DNA of 34,165 nucleotides from the NCBI RefSeq assembly GCF_018977255.1, contig NW_024705568.1, forward strand, positions 1 to 34,165, in the 5' to 3' direction. Positions 32,722 through 34,165 of the stretch are shown in pieces. The notes below the pieces were generated by a model, which was given only the letters and a program-made list of their open reading frames with translations, made no database searches and was not told where the DNA came from. The position numbers and the translations under genes are program-made. The DNA comes from Callorhinchus milii (lineage: Eukaryota). The stretch's first letter is position 1, and each line of letters opens with the position of its first letter.

Positions 32722-32837
32722 ATGTGTGAGAGAGGGCGAGAGTGTGAGAGATAGGGGAAGAGTGTGAGAGAGAGAGTGTGTGAGAGTGAGAGAGAGCGGG
32801 AGAGAGTGTGAGAGAAAGGGAGAGAGTGAAAGGAGAG

Positions 32838-34165
32838 TCATCTCCTTTACCACCTCCACCCCCCTCCCCACCTCCACCAGACCCACCACCATCTTCTACC
32901 GCCCCTGGAAGAAGTTACCCTCACAATCCCTAACCACTGCCTTGGAGTCCTCTGAACTCCTCTCCCTCTACCCCTCTTCTCCTCTCACCCTCCTCCACAA
33001 CACCCTCTCCTCCACACTCAACAACAGCAACAACAAGATTCCATTTATAGAGTGCCTTTCACGTCCCACTCGACACTCTTGCCCCCGTCACCTCCTGTAG
33101 TGTCTCCTACTCTCGCTCCTTCTCCTGGTTCACCACCCACCTCCGCTCACTGAAGAGCCAGATACGGGCCGCTGAACGCACCTGTCTCAAATCTGGCCTA
33201 ACAGTCCACCGACAAAATCTACCGCTCCACTCTAGCCTCGGCCAAGTCGTCCTTCTACTCCAGGATATTCCTGGAGGCGAAGAACAACCCCAGGCTTCTG
33301 TTTTCTACCACATCCCGAGTCCTCCATCCCCCCCACCACCCCACGCAGGTCATCTCCTCCACTCTTCACTGCGAGGAGATGCTGGATTTCCTTGAATCCA
33401 AAATCAAGGGAATCCGCTCCGTGGTCACTCCCACTCCAACTCCCACACGCCCCCCACTCCCTCGCTCCCACACTCTGACTCCTACCCATCCTCCCCTACA
33501 CACCTTCGTACCCGTTTCCCCACCCTCTGTCACCAATCATCCTATCCCTGAAACCCATCACCTGCTCCCTTGACCCCATCCCCACTCCACTCCTTATCTC
33601 TCAGCTCCACCTCCTTGCCCCACTTCTCACAGACATCGTCAACCTGTCCCTCTCCTCTGGCTCCGTTCCCATTCCCCTAAAAACTGCCACCATCACTCCC
33701 ACTTTGGAAAAACCCTCCCTTGATGCAGCGCAGCTATCAAGCTACCGGCCCAGCTCCAACCTCCCCTTCCGGTCAAAGGTCCTTGAAAGAGTTGTGGCCT
33801 CCCAGCGGCTCTTTCCTCTCCACCCATTCATTATTCGAAGCCCTTCAGTCGGGTTTCCGTGCTGCCCATAGCACAGAAAGTGCCCTGGTCAAGGTCACCA
33901 ATGACATCCTGACCATCTGTGACCAGGGCTCCCTCTGCCTCCTCGTCCTCCTCGACCTATCGGCAGCATTCGATACGGTCGACCACGCTATCCTACTCCA
34001 CCGCTTGTCCTCCCACCTAAACCTTCAAGGCCCTGTCCTTGAGTGGTTTAGGTCGTACCTCTCCCACCGTCTTCATTTTGTTTCCACAAACGGCTTTTCC
34101 TCCGGCCCCCGCACTGTCTCGTGCGGTGTCCCTCAGGGCTCTGTCCTCGTCCCCTCCTCTACCCT
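32838..34165 (+). mobile_element. 5'-truncated L2 LINE running off the window end
   Basis: [41 protein letters not shown] and RT N-terminus through GVPQGSVL. Same family as 20551-24400. Confidence 0.92.
33020..33066 (-). mobile_element. 47-bp L2 3'-end stub inserted antisense into another L2, TSD CACTC
   Basis: AACAACAGCAACAACAAGATTCCATTTATAGAGTGCCTTTCACGTC, flanked by CACTC at 33015-19 and 33067-71. Confidence 0.85.

Larger units (their letters stand above)
30180..32837. repeat. GA-rich polypurine microsatellite array containing two SINEs
   Basis: GAGAGAGGGAGAGTGT-like units. Confidence 0.92.

Noticed and set aside
30147..32892. Leu/Ser-rich minus-strand ORFs resembling membrane proteins
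   Set aside because: They are translations of antisense SINE plus (CT)n microsatellite.

Overview
This is vertebrate genomic DNA, probably from a cartilaginous fish (inferred from the CR1, L2 and SINE types); no prokaryotic system is present. About 1% of the window is exonic: the last 4-5 coding exons (+ strand) of a divergent RBM39/CAPER-like splicing factor, encoding the C-terminal UHM/RRM3 domain. They splice in frame with GT-AG junctions and end in a stop codon and an ATTAAA signal. One exon has a tandem duplicate carrying an AT donor instead of GT. The rest is repeat sequence: very large TG/GA, CA/CT and GA compound microsatellite arrays, four large copies and a 47-bp stub of a young single-ORF L2 LINE (one apparently full length), an old CR1 LINE, and a tRNA-Ala-derived SINE. 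The SINE shares a covarying 3' stem-loop with the L2. Several minisatellites appear to have grown out of TE fragments. The very long His/Thr/Ser/Leu ORFs are low-complexity artefacts. All comparisons were made by eye; family names come from recalled motifs, not database searches.
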